Shown piece after piece: positions 1-11,483 of a DNA stretch of 64,000 bases; within the stretch, counting starts at the first letter, position 1; each line of letters opens with the position of its first letter. Origin of the DNA: Pristiophorus japonicus (lineage: Eukaryota); assembly GCF_044704955.1 (NCBI RefSeq), contig NC_091990.1, positions 156,612,001-156,676,000 on the forward strand, given 5' to 3'. The notes under the pieces are model-generated. The model was not told the origin of the DNA and ran no database searches. It saw nothing but the letters and a program-made list of their open reading frames with translations. The position numbers and the translations under genes were made by a program.

Positions 1-460
1 CATCCTCTGTGGCTCCGAAAAATCAATTAAGTTTGAAGTCTCATTACTTCAGGTTTTGAATTTTTCAGGGAGATTTTAAAAATATCAAATTTTTTTTTTT
101 AAATTCTCCTTACTTTTTTCCTTTCTGTCTCTTTTACTCTCTCGCTTAATTCAATCTTTTGTTCCCTCTCTTTATTTCTCTTTCTGTACCTGATTTGACA
201 TTGGATTCACCCCTTTAATTCACCCTTCACCCTCCTTCTCAATCCTTCCTGTGTTTACTTCCCAATTCTTCAATCAGATTAGTTCAGTAGACAGCGGGTT
301 TATTGATCGGTTCACTCAGGTCCCAGGTGCCCTGTTTCCTTTGCTATGCTGTTATCAGCTGGCACTTTCAGCAACTTTGTGGCCAAATATATTTGGAGCA
401 GAGGCAAGTCTAACTAATAGCAGATGCCATTAGATGCCCTGCTACAGCAAGTTCTTGCCT
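1..460. mobile_element. Partial old non-autonomous DNA transposon (Harbinger-like MITE), truncated by the window edge
   Basis: Reverse complement of 1-180 resembles 7006-7165 (AGATTG..TTAAG.GAGA..., AATT.ATTTT..GCCA); ends in a TIR-like CAAGTTCTTGCC. Confidence 0.4.
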
Positions 461-531
461 AATATTTAAAGTAGTACTATTATTGAAAAAACATGTTACC
501 CTCAGCTTTAGTCATAGTGGGGAGTGTCATA

Positions 532-1602
532 GGGCCCAAGTTTCCACAAGAAAAAAAACGGGCGCCCCTCCGAGCTGGGCGCCCGTTTTTCGCGCCTAAA
601 ACACGCCTAAAAAAATTCTCGGTATTCTCCACCGACTTACAGGTCCTGTGGCACTCGGCGCAGCCAGCACGAGCTGTGGGGTGGCGGAGCCTTGTCCCTG
701 CGCTGAAAACAGTGCCGGGACCTCTGCACATGCGCGCTACAGTCGGCACGCAAGTGCAGTAGCTCCAGGCGCCGAACTGTGTGGGAGGGGCCCGAAGCAC
801 GCAGCCCCTAGCCCTGGCCCAATGGCCTCACTGGAGCTGTGTGAATGAGGCTCCTCCCACGGCCAGCTCCTGCTCCCCGCCCGACCAGACCCGACCCCCG
901 CTCCCCCCCCGACACCCGTTCCTCTTCCCCGACCCCCCCTCTCTTCCCTCCCCTCCCCTCCCTCCCTCCCTCTCCCTCCCTCCCTCTCTCTCCTCCCTCC
1001 CCTCTCTCTCCTCCCTCCCCTCTCTCCTCCCTCTTTCCCTCCCCCTCTCCCTCTCCCTCCCTCTCCCCTTCTCTCTCTCCCCTCTCTCCCTCTCTCTCTC
1101 TCTCTCCCTCCCTCTCTCGCTCAGCGGCACGAACAGCTGCAGAATTCTCCCTGGCTGAAGCACTTTCACACAGGTAGGAAGATGGTTTATTTAATCTTTT
1201 CTTGGCTTATAATTGTTTATTCAGGTTGGATTTATTTGTAGAAGTATAAATAAGGATTTATTGTCGAATTTAATGAGTTCCCTTCCCCCCCACCTCGTTC
1301 TGGGTGCCTAATTTGTAACCTGCGCCTGATTTTTTAATGTGTAGAACAGGTTTTTTCAAAAATCTTCACTGGCGCCATTCTACTTTAGTTTGGAGTACAT
1401 TTTCACTGTGGAAACTTTCAAATCAGGCGTCAGTGGCCGGACACGCCCCCTTTTGAAGAAAAAATTCTGTTCTAAACTAGAACTGTTCTACCTGACTAGA
1501 ACTGCAGAAAAAAAAATGTGGAGAATTGCGATTTCTAAAATAGTCCGTTCTCCACCAGTTGCTCCTAAAAATCAGGCGCGAATCATGTGGAAACTTGGGC
1601 CC
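532..1602 (+). mobile_element. PIF/Harbinger-type non-autonomous element (MITE), copy 1
   Basis: 17-bp perfect TIR GGGCCCAAGTTTCCACA; 3-bp TSD ATA (529-531 / 1603-1605); internal CT-rich tract. Confidence 0.9.
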
Positions 1603-1829
1603 ATAGAGACTGCAGTTCAGACAACAAAATAATGCTGCAATGCAATTGCACAGAAAAATGAAACTGGGGGGAAAGGTTTTGCATAATATGATTGGTGAAT
1701 TATTAAAATAGAAAATAACAAAATATTCTATCCTAAAGCTCATCTGCAATTCCATGTGTTAATCCTGGAAGGCAAGTTGAAATTCTACTCCATAGTGTTC
1801 CATAGTTGTTGATCTAACAGTTGCTGTAC

Positions 1830-1957
1830 CTTGTTTTTGGTCATTGCTCCAACAATCAGCGGGCACACCATTCCAGATAGTGTTCCCACACCATTGGAAA
1901 TCCCCATGAGAATACTGGCATATCTTGGTGCTATATCCAGATGGTTAACATTGAAAC
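1830..1957 (-). CDS. SLC17A6: VGLUT2-like exon 11 ([42 protein letters not shown]); final exon is outside the window to the left
   Basis: Within ORF 1785..1994; TTTAG acceptor, GTACAG donor; 128 nt. Confidence 0.95.
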
Positions 1958-2286
1958 CTAAACAGAAAGTAAAAAAGGGGTTATGAAAATGCATGTGTTG
2001 GAATGTAGACTAAATAATTAATTGGGGAATCAGACAATGAATTGCTTTTCAGTCTAAGGTAAAACTACTAACTGAGTGTATTTCTTATGCAAAATAGGAA
2101 TTAAAAGAACTGTTAAACTAATAACCAAATCTAACATGCACAGATGTAAAATTGATTTGCACTCTTTGAGCTTGCAGGGGACAAATTTTGTTTATCAGAT
2201 TTGGTTCATTAAAACTCAGTAACCATGGATGAACATTAGGTCGCACACAGTCTACAAAAATGATTTCCTTGGCAATGCAACATAAT

Positions 2287-3660
2287 GGGCCCAAGTTTCC
2301 ACACAATAAAAAACGGGCGCCCCTCCAAGCTGGGCGCCCGTTTTTCGCGTCACAAAGTGCGCCTAAAAAAACCCTCCGTATTCTCCACCTCCCTGCAGGT
2401 CCTCTGGCCCTCGGCGTGGCGCAGCAGGAGCTGTAGGGGGCGGAGCCAGGTTCCTGCACTGAAAACAGTGCCGGGACCTCTGCACATGCGCGCTACAGTG
2501 GGCACGCAAGTGCAGTAGCTCCAGGCGCCTGAAACTGTGTGGGAGGGGACCGAAGCACGCAGCCCCTAGCCCTGGCCGAATGGCCTCACTGGGGCTGCGT
2601 GAATAAGGCTCCTCCCATGGCCAGCTCCTGCTGCCTGCCGACTCCCGCTCCTGCTTTCCCCCCCACCCCCCCCCTCCCCCTGGACCCAACCCGACCCATC
2701 TGCCGCTGTCGCTGCCGCTCCTGCTTCCCCCCCGGACCGGACTCGACCCGACCCGACCCGCCTGTCGCTGCCGCTCCTGCTCCTGCTTCTCCCCCGCCCC
2801 CCCCCGGGACCGGACCCAACTCGACCCGTCTGCGTCTGCCGCTCCCGCTCCCACCCGACTCGACCCGACTCTACTCCCGCCCCCCGCCCCCGCCCCCGGA
2901 CTGGATCCGACCTGACCTCCCCCTCCCCGACCTCCCTCCCCCCCCCAACCTCCCTCCCCCCCCTCCCCGACCTGACCTCCCTCTCTCTCCCTCCCTCCCT
3001 CTCTCTCCCTCCCTCTCCCTCTCTCTCCCTCTCCCCCCCCCCCACCCCGCTGACCCGAACCGAACCTCTCTCCCCGACCCGACCCAATGCCACCTACCTC
3101 TGGTGCTGGGGTCGGGCCCTGCCCGAAATCTCGGGCCCGGCCCATTCAGCCTTCGGTCCCGATGGCAAACCGCTTCCTAAAGGCCTGCCTGAAGAACTTT
3201 CACACAGGTAGGAACATGGTTTATTTAATCTTTTCTTTGCTTATAAATTTTTATTCAGGTTGGATTTATTTGTATAATATTTGTATAAGTATAACTAAGG
3301 ATTTATTGTAGAATTTAATGACTTCCCTTCCCCCCCTCCCCCCCTCGTTCCCTACCCCTAATTTGTAACCTACGCCTGATTTTTTAATGTGTAGAACAAG
3401 TTTTTTCAGTTCTACAAAAATCTTCACTTGCTCCATTCTAAGTTAGTTTGGAGTACGTTTTCACTGTGGAAACTTTGAAATCAGGCGTCAGTGGCCGGGC
3501 ACGCCCCCTTTTGAAGAAAACATTCTGTTCTAAAGTGGAATTGTTCTAACTGACTAGAACTGCAGAAAAAAAAATGTAAAGAATTGCGATTTCTAAGATA
3601 GTCCGTTCTCCACCAGTTGCTCCTAAAAATCAGGCGCAAATCATGTAGAAACTTGGGCCC
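2287..3660 (+). mobile_element. PIF/Harbinger-type MITE, copy 2 (same family)
   Basis: TIR GGGCCCAAGTTTC; TSD AAT (2284-2286 / 3661-3663); arms nearly identical to copy 1, longer C-rich middle. Confidence 0.9.
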
Positions 3661-4002
3661 AATAATTCAATCATCCTCTCATAAGGCTAGCCCAATACAC
3701 AGTCTCATTAACTCAGTAATATTCTCCTCATACAAATAATATGCTGTTCCACAACATCATTAAGCATTTTGATATGGAAAATTGGGAAATCTGTAGATAT
3801 GTAAAAGACGCAGTTCCTGGTATTCAGAAAATGTAGAATAAACTTTTATAGATAGAAATATAGTTAACAAAAGCAAATTATTGCAGCTTTTGGAAATCTG
3901 AAATATAGTTAGCGTTGGTTAAGATAGAAATGGTCTGGCTGACAGTAGGTTAGAAAAATAATATCAGTTTGCTTTGTCGGATGTTTTACAATATTGTCTT
4001 AC

Positions 4003-4113
4003 CTGATATAGCAAAACCGCTGAAACCAACAGCCATGACAAGGAATGAAATCGCAACCCCTTTGTTTTGTGAGTAGCCTACCACAAGAAGAAATGTTGCT
4101 TCCAAACCAAAAC
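4003..4113 (-). CDS. SLC17A6: VGLUT2-like exon 10 ([37 protein letters not shown])
   Basis: Within ORF 3986..4216; AAG acceptor, GTAAGA donor; 111 nt. Confidence 0.95.
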
Positions 4114-4274
4114 CTTCAGGAAAAATGAAATACAAGTAGTTATGTTTCAGAAGAGAACTTTTAATAATTCTGGTTTTATGATATTTATGATTTATACTCA
4201 GCACCAAATGGTTCACCTCCTGACATCATGATGCTTCTCTACTGTTTATAACAACAGCAACTTCCATTTATATA

Positions 4275-4790
4275 GCTCAAGTCAGAGTATGACACAGTAC
4301 TCATCACTTGCCTGGATGGGTACAGCTGCAACAACACTCAAGAAACTTAACTCCATGCAGAATAAACCAGTTCACTTGATCGGTGCCCCTGTCAATGAAC
4401 TCAATATCCATCCCCTCCACAACCAGCACACTGTGGCTGCAGTATGTATTATCTACAGGATGCACTGCAGCAATTCAGCAACTTTACTTCAACAGTAGTT
4501 CTCAGCCTCGTGACCTCTACCAGCATGAAGAAGGAGAGCAACAATGGAGTGGAAACACCTTCACTTGCAAGTTCCCCGTCCGATTCACACATCATCCTGA
4601 CTTGGACCAGTGTTCTTTCACCATAGCTGGGTCACAATCCTGGAATTCCCTACCAAACACCATTGTGTGAGCACCGTCACCACACGGTCTACAGCAATTC
4701 ACGAAGAAAACCAACCACCACCTTCTCAGAGCAACTAACAATGGGCAATAAACCTGGTCTTCCCATCGTTACCCACATCCTGAGACCAAC
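4275..4790 (+). mobile_element. Old 3' fragment of a CR1/L2-group LINE (same family as 9985-10830)
   Basis: YSSLAWMGTAATTLKKL peptide and 3' end ...GGGCAATAAA...CCCACATCC. Confidence 0.7.
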
Positions 4791-5583
4791 TAATTATATA
4801 TGTAGTCATAAGTAAATTGAGAAGGAAACAAACTTGCATTCATACAGCACCTTGTTGTGTCCTTAGAATATCTCAAAGTGCTTTACAACGAATAAATTAC
4901 TATTTAAAGTGCTGTCACTGATGTTATGTAGCAAATATGGCAACCAGTGTGTGCTTAGCAAAGACCCACAAACAGCAAATGTAATAAAGTACTAATCTGA
5001 GGTATTCAGATGATGTCATGAACCACAATATCATAATTTGAATGGATACAATTAGGAACAAAGGAGTTGAATTATTGATTGGTTACTTTTGCTCAACCTT
5101 ATTTTTTGTAATACATATTACAGTTAACTTATATATTTCATATTATTATTGCTATGTTGCAGCAATGGTGAGTGAATAATTACAGAAGGTGTTTACATTT
5201 TTTTAATAAGGTAATAACTATAGAATACAATACCACTTGATTCAAAACAGGTACAATAAAATAATATTAAATCTCAGAAGCAAAATTATGGTATAGTATA
5301 TATTATAAAGCAATTTAAATAATCTCCAATAAAATTTCTGCAGGTAAAACAATGATTTAATATGGATAAATGCGAAATAGCTGAACCAAAAGTATCACAG
5401 GCACTGTAGATTTTTGATGAGGTGGAAAGGGGTTAAAATATCTAAGCATTTCCTTTGTGCTTCACTAGTTTCATATCAATTACCAGCAAAATTAAATGGA
5501 TCTTTAAGGATCTAATTCTATCATGGGCAAATATTAATTGGTTAAAAACACAATCTTAAAGATCGCTATGTTATTAAAGTAAT

Positions 5584-7491
5584 GGCCCGGAATTTTCCGT
5601 CAGTGGCGAAGGAACGGCATTCGCCATTCACTACGCGGGCAGTTGCCCACAATGTTTTTGTGGGCTTTAGAGCGCAGACCTGCTCTAATTCAACATCTGT
5701 TTCAGCCCGGTGCCCACTACAGGGGATCTGTGGTGTCTGTGAGCAGGTAAGAAACAGCAAGGCTCTTCAATCAATCAGGTTGAAGAAGCCTCACTGAGAC
5801 TCGCGGAGTCAAAACCAGGAACTATAAAGCAAGAAATATAAATTAGATTTAAATGATGTAATGCAAAATAAAGGCCCCAAGTTTCGGCCCGCGCCGAAAA
5901 TGCCGCACCTCCGAGCTGGACGCCTGTTCTTCGCGCCTAAAAGTGCGCTAGAAAAAAACTTTGATATTCTCCGGCTCCTCGGAGCTCGATCTCAGCTTGG
6001 CGCGGCGCGCTCTTCACAGCGGGGGGGCGGAGCCAAACACTCGCGCCAATTCTGTAAGTAGTGGGGGGCGGGTTCAGTTTAAATGAGCCAACGTGGTGCT
6101 GGCAACCCTGCGCGTGCGCGTTGGAGCGTGCGCGCATGCGCAGTGTCAAACAAACATTGGCACTCGGCCATTTTTAAAAGGACTCGTCGAGCCACTGACG
6201 CCGCCCCTTAAGCGTGGCCGAATGGCCTCAGCCCCCTTGAAAATCTGCGTGCGTCTGGTGTTGATCCTTCGGCTGCCAGCCAGCCACTGACGCCGCTCCT
6301 ATCCCATGGCCGAATGGCCTCAACCCCCTTGAAAAGCTGCGTGCCTCCGATGTTGATCCTTCGGCTGCCGGACAGCCACGAACAGAATGAAGGCCTGCCT
6401 GCAGCACAGCAGCTCAGCTCGAAGGCTGCTTGCTGCCGCTGTTGGGGCTGCCGTCGAGACACTGACGCCACACCCCTGCCTGTCTCCAACATGAAAGGCC
6501 TGCCTGAAGCACAGCAGCTCGAAGGCTGCTGATGTTTCACACAGGTAGGAACATGGTTTATTTAATCTTTTTTTTTGCTTATAAATTTTTATTCAGGTTG
6601 GATTTATTTGTATAATATTTGTATAAGTATAACTAAGGATTGATTGTAGAATTTAATGACTTCTCTTCCCCCCCCCTCCCCCCCCACCTCGTTCCCTACG
6701 CCTAATTTGTAACCTGCGCCTGATTTTCTAAAGTGTAGACAAGGTTTTTTCGAGCGTACAAAAATCTTCACTTACTCCATTCTAAGTTAGTTTGGAGTAA
6801 GTTTTCACTGCCGAAACTTTGAAAACAGGCGTAAGTGGCCGGACACGCCCCCTTTTGAAAAAAAAATTCTGTTCCAAAGTGAAACTGTTCTAACTGACTA
6901 GAACTGGAGCAAACTAAATGCCGAGAATTTGAATTTCTAAGATACTCCGTTCTACACCAGTTGCTCCAAAAAATCAGGAGCAACTGAGGCCGAAACTTGG
7001 CCTAAAGATTGGGAAATACAGATTGGTTTAAGTGAGACAAAATAGACAAGATAGAAAAAGTTTTTTAAAATACTAATTTTTTATTTTTTTAAACCTCCAA
7101 CACTAATTTTCTTCTTAGGGAATGCGAGTACACACTTGAACAATTAAATTTTCAGTGCCAGAGTGGTTTTTAAGCAGTAATTCTCACTTATCATACTGTT
7201 AAAAACTCATTCCCTCCTGAATGCACCAGCCCTAACTTTTTCAACTGTTTTTCGTGCGGAACTAATAGGCAAGTACCCCAAGTTCAGTGCTGAGTCTATC
7301 GGCAAGGGCTGCAACACCACATCCTGTGGAGGAATGGGCTATCTCTGACAGAAACCTCTGGATTTGCACGTTTAATTGCGTATGTTGGGACAACAGCAGT
7401 TGCAGTCTGATTTACCACGTTATAACAGTGAGTGTTGTTAGCCTCACCGATATTGCGCCTGTTTGGCACCCAAACCTAAAGTCTCCAGGCC
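5584..7491. mobile_element. Older Harbinger-like MITE split by copy 3
   Basis: Degenerate TIRs GGCCCGGAATTTT / AAAGTCTCCAGGCC; interior related to 1-460. Confidence 0.5.
5873..7002 (+). mobile_element. PIF/Harbinger-type MITE, copy 3 (related subfamily), nested in an older MITE
   Basis: TIR GGCCCCAAGTTTCGGCC / GGCCGAAACTTGGCC; right arm homologous to copies 1-2; TAAA on both flanks (exact TSD ambiguous). Confidence 0.8.
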
Positions 7492-8305
7492 ATTACTTTA
7501 ATAACATAGCAATCTTTAGGATTGTGTTTTAACCAGTTAATATTTCCCCATGATAGAATTAGATCCTTTAAAAATCTGTTTAATGTTGCTAATAATTGAC
7601 GTGAAACTGGTGAAGCACAAAGGAAATGCTTGGATATTGAAACCCCTTTCCACCTCATCAAAAATCTGACATTATCATTCAACCCACTGGCAATATTGGC
7701 TCGATTCTGAAGATGGTCAGCTGCTACTGTCCCGACTGTCAGTGCCATCCTAACTTTGCTTTCTCTTTCCCCTAGGTCCTTTTCAGCAGCCAGAGCCTGC
7801 AGAAGAAGAATCTTAGGGTTTCCATCACATTTCCAGTGACGTTAAGACACGGAGCAGCTCTGAGCAAATTCCCAGCTGACAAGAAAATGTAGATTCAGAG
7901 AAATAAAGGTGAAGGGAGGTGCAGTCTTCAAGAAGAAAGTTCTGCACTCAATTGGTTCACACAAAACCCTTTGTAAGAGATTCTTGAACTAGCAAGCCTG
8001 GCATCCAGTATTTTATTTTGAAATTCTGGGTGAAAAGGGTGCCCAATACAATATATTGATCTCCTGTGCTAAGCTGAAATGCCAGTGGGAAACATACATC
8101 AAAAAAAATTCAATGCTATCAATCTTATGATGCCACTGACACAGTCTTGGTACAGCTTGGGGCAATTTCAAACCTTCAGTGCTGAACTAGAGATTGTTAT
8201 TGTTACTGTCAGTCTTTTACTTTGCTACCAATTGCAACTCTTCACCTACATTAAACAGACTGAACTCTACCTTGTTGTCTTACTTTGCCGTCCGTGAGTG
8301 TAAGA

Positions 8306-9358
8306 AATAGAATCATAGCAATTTACAGCATGGAAGGAGGTCATTTTGGCCCATCATGTCCGCACCAGCCTAATCCCACTTTCCAGCTCGTGATCCATAA
8401 GCCCTGTAGGTTACGGCACTTTCAGTGCACATCCAAATATTTTTTAAATGTTGTGAGGGTTTCTGCTGCTACACCCTTTCAGGCAGTGAGTTCCAGACAC
8501 CCACTACCCTCTGGGTGAAGAAATTTCCCCTCCTATCTCCTCTAAACCTCCCCCCCAATTACTTTAAATCTATGTCCTCTGGTTGTTGACCCCTCTGCCA
8601 AGGGAACCAGGTCCTTCCTATCCACTTTATCCAGGCCCCTCATAATTTTATACACCTCAATCAGGTCTCCCCTCAGCCTCCTCTGTTCCAAAGAAAACAG
8701 ATCCAGCATCTACAATCTTTCCTCATAGCCAAAATTCTCCAGTCCAGGCAACATTCTTGTAAATCTCCTCTGCACCCTCTCCAGTGCATCTTTTCTGTAA
8801 TGTGGTGACCAGAACTGCACACAGTACTAGGGCTGCGGCCTAACCAGCGTTTTATACAGTTCAAGCATAACCTCCTCGCTCTTGTATTCCATGTCTCGAC
8901 GAATAAAGTCAAGTATTCTATATGCCTTCTTAACTATCTTATCTACCTGGCCTGCTACCTTTAGGGATCTGTGGACCTGCACTCCAAGGTCCCTTTGTTC
9001 ATCTACACTTTTCAGTGTTGTACCATTTAATGTGTATTCCCTTGCCTTGTTAGACCTCCCCAAATGCATTAGCTCACACTTACCGGATTGAATTCCATTT
9101 GCCACTGTTCCACCTACCTGACCAGTACATTGATATCTTCCTGCAATCCACAGCTTTCTTCTTCATTATCAACCACACAGCCTATTTTAGTGTCATCTGC
9201 AAACTTCTTAATCATACCCCCAACATTCAAGTCTAAGTCATAATATATACCACAAAAAGCAAGGGACCCAGCACTGAGCCCTGCGGAACCCCACTGGATA
9301 CGGCCTTCCAGTCACAAAAACACCCATCAACCATTACCCTTTGCTTCTTGCCTCTGAG
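8306..9358 (-). mobile_element. CR1 LINE, 5'-truncated, degraded
   Basis: ORF 8827..9105 KCELMHLG...RDLGV...LYKTLVRP; FADD region near 9190-9200. Confidence 0.85.
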
Positions 9359-9652
9359 TACGAATGTGCTTCGAACCTTTGAATATGTTTGGACTCCAGA
9401 GGTTGAACTTCAAAAGAATAATCGATAGTAGAAAATATTCTTTTCACTCTTACTGCATGTCCTTTAACTCATATGTGGAATGCAATAGCTCCCAACATTA
9501 TAACCTGCACAACATTATCAAGAATTATACACTATTGTTTGGTTATGTATTCTGATGACTATACCCACTGTTATATTGTAGGTGTAGTCTGAATGAATAT
9601 GCCTAAAAATGTATAAGTATCTTCATGAAATCTAAAAAAAATGGAGACGTAC

Positions 9653-9785
9653 CTCCACAGTTCATTATCTTCCTGACATTTGTAGTTGAAAGTATCCTCT
9701 TAGTTCTGAGGTAGTCCGCGATCTGTCCACCAATGGGTACTATAATTGTCATGACAAGATGGGGCAAAGCTGATAGCATACCCAC
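9653..9785 (-). CDS. SLC17A6: VGLUT2-like exon 9 ([45 protein letters not shown])
   Basis: Within ORF 9603..9863; TCCAG acceptor, GTACGT donor; 133 nt. Confidence 0.95.
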
Positions 9786-9984
9786 CTGGAATAGTAAAAT
9801 GTAATAGTTAAAGGCAACAGGGAATACGATTTGTTCTGCTGTATCCTGTGCAGAGAGAGACATAAATTACTGGAATTAACATTGAAAATTCTCTCGAACA
9901 AGGTAGCCCAGGAAAAACTATCTGAGATCAAATCTAAAATAGTCAACAGGATTCTGAGAGCAACAAGGTTATCTTCAAATAATG

Positions 9985-10830
9985 GAGCAGTCCATGCCCC
10001 CATACAGCAGGACTTGGACAACATTCAGGCTTGGGCTGATAAGTGGCAAATAACATTCGCGCCCACAAGTGCCAGGCAATGACTATCTCCAACAAGCGAG
10101 AGTCTAATCACCGCCCCTTAACATTCAATGGCATTACCATCGCCAAATCACCTACCATCAACATCCTGGGGATCACCATTGACCAGAAACTTAACTGGAC
10201 CAGCCACACAAATACTGTGGCAACAAGAGCAGGTCAGAGGCTGGATATTCTGAGGCGAGTGACTCATCTCCTGACTCCCCAAAGCCTTTCCACGAACTAC
10301 AAGGCACAAGTCAGTAGTGTGATGGAATACTCTCCACTTGCCTGGATGAGTGCAGCTCCAACAACACTCAAGAAGCTCGACACCATCCAGGACAAAGTTC
10401 AATTGGCACCCCACCCACTGCCTTAAACATTCACTCCCTCCACCACCGACATACCGGGGTTGCAGTGTCTGCCATCTAAAAGATGCACTGCAGCAATTCG
10501 CCAAGGCTTCTTCAACTGCACTTCCTAAACCCACAACCTCTAGCACCGAGAAGGATAAGGACAGCAAGCACATGGGAACACCACCACCTCCACGTTCCCC
10601 TTCAAGTCACACACCATCCTGATTTGGAAGCATATCGCCGTTCCTTCATCGTCGCTGGGTCAAAATGCTGGAACTCCCTCCCTAACACTACTGCGGGAGT
10701 ACCATCACCACACAGACTGCAGCAGTTCAAGAAGGTGACACACCATCATCTTCTCAAGGGTAATTAGAGATGGGCAATAAATGCTGGCCTTGCCAGCGAT
10801 GCCCACATCCCGTGAACGAATAAAAAAAAA
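9985..10830 (+). mobile_element. CR1/L2-group LINE 3' fragment
   Basis: QQDLDNIQAWADKWQITF...ILGITIDQKLNW RT C-terminal peptide; ends AATAAA plus A-run. Confidence 0.85.
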
Positions 10831-11483
10831 CACTAGAAGATTTTTCTTGAACAACATGCAGCTCTCAATTGGTGAAAACAATGCAGTGGAAAAAAATAAC
10901 AGAGACAAGAAAGATAATTTCACTAAAGAAAAAATAAAACAGTTTCTAACTTCACCAACTGCTGCAGCGGAAAGGGAGGGAAGGGCATGGGTGAAAGGTG
11001 GATGAACTCTGATAAACGTAGCACATGCTGCATGTCTATTCCAGGAATCTGCTGGAGATTTTGATGTGTTGTACATTCAGACCGAGTTATGAATGTCTGT
11101 GGGAGAGCTGAACAACAAAAGCCACGCAAACCTAAATATGCATTAAGAACCGCTCAGCTCTATTGTTTTAATTATAAATGTGTGACAGAGCTTTTCACTT
11201 GTAAACTGTTTTCCTACAAGGCTTGCAATGTCTATTAAAAAAAAATCAACATAATGTCTCGTAGCTAAATCTCTAATGGCAGCTGATCATTATTCCGCCA
11301 TTCACACCCTATCTTGATGAATGTTTTTCTAACTCCGGCCATTACCATTTCAATTCGGCCCATCATTCCTTTTGTCTCTCTAATCTCTCCTGCCTTGCAC
11401 CCTATCACAGACCTTCCCTTTTGTTCTTTCTTCCCCTCCCCCTTTTAGTACTTGTTAAGAATCTGTTCTTTTCGAACACTCTC

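Larger units (their letters stand above)
5408..7667. repeat. Long inverted repeat, arms 5408-5590 and 7485-7667
   Basis: Hand alignment: about 183 bp, about 19 differences (~90% identity). Confidence 0.9.

Noticed and set aside
480-3311. Many overlapping Pro/Ser/Leu- or Gly/Arg/Glu-rich ORFs (up to 260 aa)
   Set aside because: They arise from stop-poor C-rich low-complexity tracts inside MITEs; no domain signal.
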